The notes under the pieces are model-generated. The model worked only from the letters and a program-made list of their open reading frames with translations. It was not told the DNA's origin and made no database searches. This document shows positions 61,501 through 64,000 of a stretch of 64,000 bases of DNA, one piece after another; positions within the stretch are counted from its first letter, which is position 1; the number at the start of each line of letters is the position of its first letter. The DNA lies in assembly GCA_965197905.1 (NCBI GenBank), contig CBDAOB010000005.1, positions 1 through 64,000 on the forward strand, in the 5' to 3' direction. The position numbers and the translations under genes were made by a program. The stretch comes from Candidatus Latescibacterota bacterium. GTDB taxonomy: Bacteria; Latescibacterota; UBA2968; UBA8231.

Positions 61501-64000
61501 TTCCTCTTCACCGGCGGTCAACGCCAACAATGCGGCGACCACTTCCAACGTGAGCCCTACCTTCACACAGTCGATGAATGCGGCAACGAGCTCGACCTTT
61601 GTGGTGCGGGGCGATATGACGGGCAAGCGCGCAGGTACTTACAGCGGGGCGAGCAGTACGACCCTGTCCTTCGATCCGACCAATGACTTCCGGCCGGGCG
61701 AGCTGGTGGAGGTCACGCTGAAGACCGGCTTGAAGAGCACCAGCGGAGATGCGATGCAACCTCCTCGGGTGTATCGGTTTTTCGGTGCGGCGACTGGCGG
61801 GCCGGCGGTGTTCAGCAATAAGACGCACGATGTCGACGCGCCGACGAACAGTACCCTTTCCCTGCCGTTAGGAGATGTTGACGGGGACGGCGATCTCGAT
61901 CTAGTCGCGGGCAATTCCACTCAAGTGAACCGGGTGTACTTAGGCAACGGCAATGGCACTTTCGCCGCTGGAAGCAATGTCGATACGCCGACGAATTCAC
62001 CCAGTCCGTGTCGTTCGGCGATCTGGATGGCGATGGCGATCTGGATAGTGTCGTGGGCAATTACACTCAAGTGAACCGCTTGTACTTAGGGAACGGAAAC
62101 GGCACCTTTGCCTCTGGAAGCAATGTCGATACCCCGACGAACAACACCTATTCAGGCTTGTTGGGGGATGTGGATGGGGACAGCGATCTGGATCTGGTGA
62201 CGGGCAATGGCAACCAGGTGAATCGGGTGTACTTAGGGAACGGAAACGGCACATTTGCGACCGGCAACAACATCGCTACTCCGACGAATGACACCCGATC
62301 CATGTCTCTAGGGGACTTGGATGGCGATGGCGATCTGGATGTGGTCACCGGTAACAATACTCAAGTGAACCGGGTGTATCTGGGCAATGGCAACGGTACG
62401 TTTGCAACGGGCACCAATGTCGCTACGCCGACGAATAATACCCAGGAAATTCGTCTAGGGGATTTGGACGGGGACGGCGATCTGGATCTGGTCACCGGCA
62501 ATTCCAGTCAGGTGAATCGGGTGTATCTGGGCAATGGCAACGGCACCTTCGCGGCGGGAAACAACGTCGCCACGCCGACAGATCAGACCTTTTCCGTGCC
62601 GTTAGCTGATGTTGATGGGGACGGCGATCTGGATCTGGTCACCGGCAATTCGGGTGCCGTGAACCGGCTCTATCTGGGCAATGGCAACGGCACCTTCGCC
62701 GCGGGTACCAATCTCGATACGCCGACGAATCAGACCCGGTTCGTATCGTTGGGAGATCTGGATGGGGACGGCGATCTGGATATAGCCACAGGCAATCTTG
62801 GCGAGGTTAACCGGGCGTATCTAAATAACAACACCTCCTTCTCCTTCTCCTCCCCCACGGCGAACAACAAAAGTGTGACGCCCACCTCCAACGTCAGCGC
62901 TACCTTCAACAAGGCGATGAATGCCGCCAGCTCCTCGACCTTCCTCGTCCACGGCAGCATGAGCGGCAAACGCGCGGGTACCTACAGCGGGGCGAGCAGT
63001 TCAACATTGACCTTCGACCCGACTAGCGACTTCAAATCCGGCGAGTTGATAGACGTCTCGCTTACCACCGGACTCAAAGCCACGACCGGCGATGCAGTGC
63101 AGCCACCCCGGGTGTTCCAGTTTCGTGCGGCGGCGACGGCAGGGCCGGTGGTATTTAGTCATGTCTCTAATGATGTGGACACTCCGACAAATACCACTCT
63201 TGCTGTCTCGTTAGGTGATATGGACGGTGACGGCGATCTCGATCTCGTTACCGGCAACGTTAGCCAGGCAAACCGGGCCTACCTGAGCAATGGCAATGGA
63301 ACCTTCGCCTCGGGAGCCGACGTGGCCACGCCGACGCATCAGACCCGGGCCGTGCCGTTGGGTGATCTTGATGGAGATGGCGATCTGGATCTGGTTACGG
63401 GAAACTACGGCCAAGTGAACCGGGTATATTTGAGCAACGGCAATGGGTCCTTCGCTTCAGGCAACGATGTGTCCACGCCGACGCATCAGACCCAGTCCGT
63501 GTCGTTGGGTGATGTGGACGGGGATGGCGATATAGATCTCGTCATGGGCAACCGGAATGTCGTAAATCGGGTCTACCTGGGCAGCGGCAGTGGTTCGTTC
63601 TCCTCCGGGACCGATGTGGACACACCGACGGATAACACCGCTAGTGTATCATTGGGTGATTTGGATGGGGATGGCGATCTGGATCTGGTCACAGGTAATC
63701 TTGGTGTCGTGAACCGGGTGTATCTGGGTAAAGCAACGGGATCTTCGCAACGGGAAACAATGTGGATACACCGACTCATCAGACCCGATATGTGTCGTTA
63801 GGTGATTTGGATGCAGATGGGGATCTGGACCTTGTCACAGGCAACAATGGTCAGGCGAACCGTCGATACCTGGGCAATGGCAACGGTACGTTTGCGTCCG
63901 GCAGCGATGTGGCCACGCCCGCGAATGGCACTTTGTCCATTGCGTTAGGGGATTTTGACGGGGATGGCGATCTGGATCTGGCTGCGGGCAATTCGGGGGT
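58505..64000 (+). CDS. Second giant FG-GAP protein, at least four (Ig-like + 7-blade) modules; frameshifts at ~61998 and ~63730; runs off the window
   Basis: Same leader and first Ig domain as 52415. Blade sets of 7, 7, 7 and at least 6 once two single-base indels are bridged. Confidence 0.85.

Noticed and set aside
53090..64000. CRISPR-like periodic repeats
   Set aside because: The ~140-150-bp periodicity is coding FG-GAP blades with degenerate third positions. No cas genes are present.

Overview
GC-rich bacterial window with no rRNA, tRNA, CRISPR array, integrase or reverse transcriptase. Several secreted proteins end in an 'NYPNPFN...TRKLLLLR' FlgD-Ig/T9SS-type tail, and FG-GAP, cohesin and dockerin modules are present. 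This suggests an FCB-group lineage such as Ca. Latescibacterota (inference). Layout: 1-12.6 kb holds catabolic genes (Asp-box sialidase-like protein, tandem beta-propeller paralogs, PhyH, TIM-barrel epimerase, NRAMP-like transporter, Gfo/Idh/MocA) and a 168-bp MITE. 12.6-27 kb holds the best candidate for an undescribed system: four paralogous STAND-like P-loop ATPase domains. One is fused to a sigma-54 activator, one to a TM plus PEGA ectodomain, one stands alone and one is fused to a PP2C/SpoIIE phosphatase. They sit with a TPR/DUF5683 protein, an FN3-NHL lipoprotein, an atypical histidine kinase, a receiver protein and a cNMP-binding protein. Two perfect sigma-54 promoters each have a matching pair of upstream palindromes. 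27.5-39 kb holds secreted CRTAC1-like proteins, an M6 protease and a peptidase-TPR-caspase-PEGA mosaic. Three dispersed antisense copies of a small sigma-54-promoter/coiled-coil/TM gene lie at 22.0, 29.4 and 38.8 kb. 39-46 kb holds a sulfotransferase, phosphatases, ugd and a LarA-like gene. 46.7-64 kb holds three toxin-antitoxin pairs interleaved with a TPR-sulfotransferase and a TIGR03032/DUF4915 gene, then two giant (Ig + 7-blade FG-GAP)n proteins sharing an 86-aa basic leader. About 11 frameshifts and 5 apparent deletion junctions indicate an error-prone assembly or genome decay, so the gene disruptions need read-level checks.
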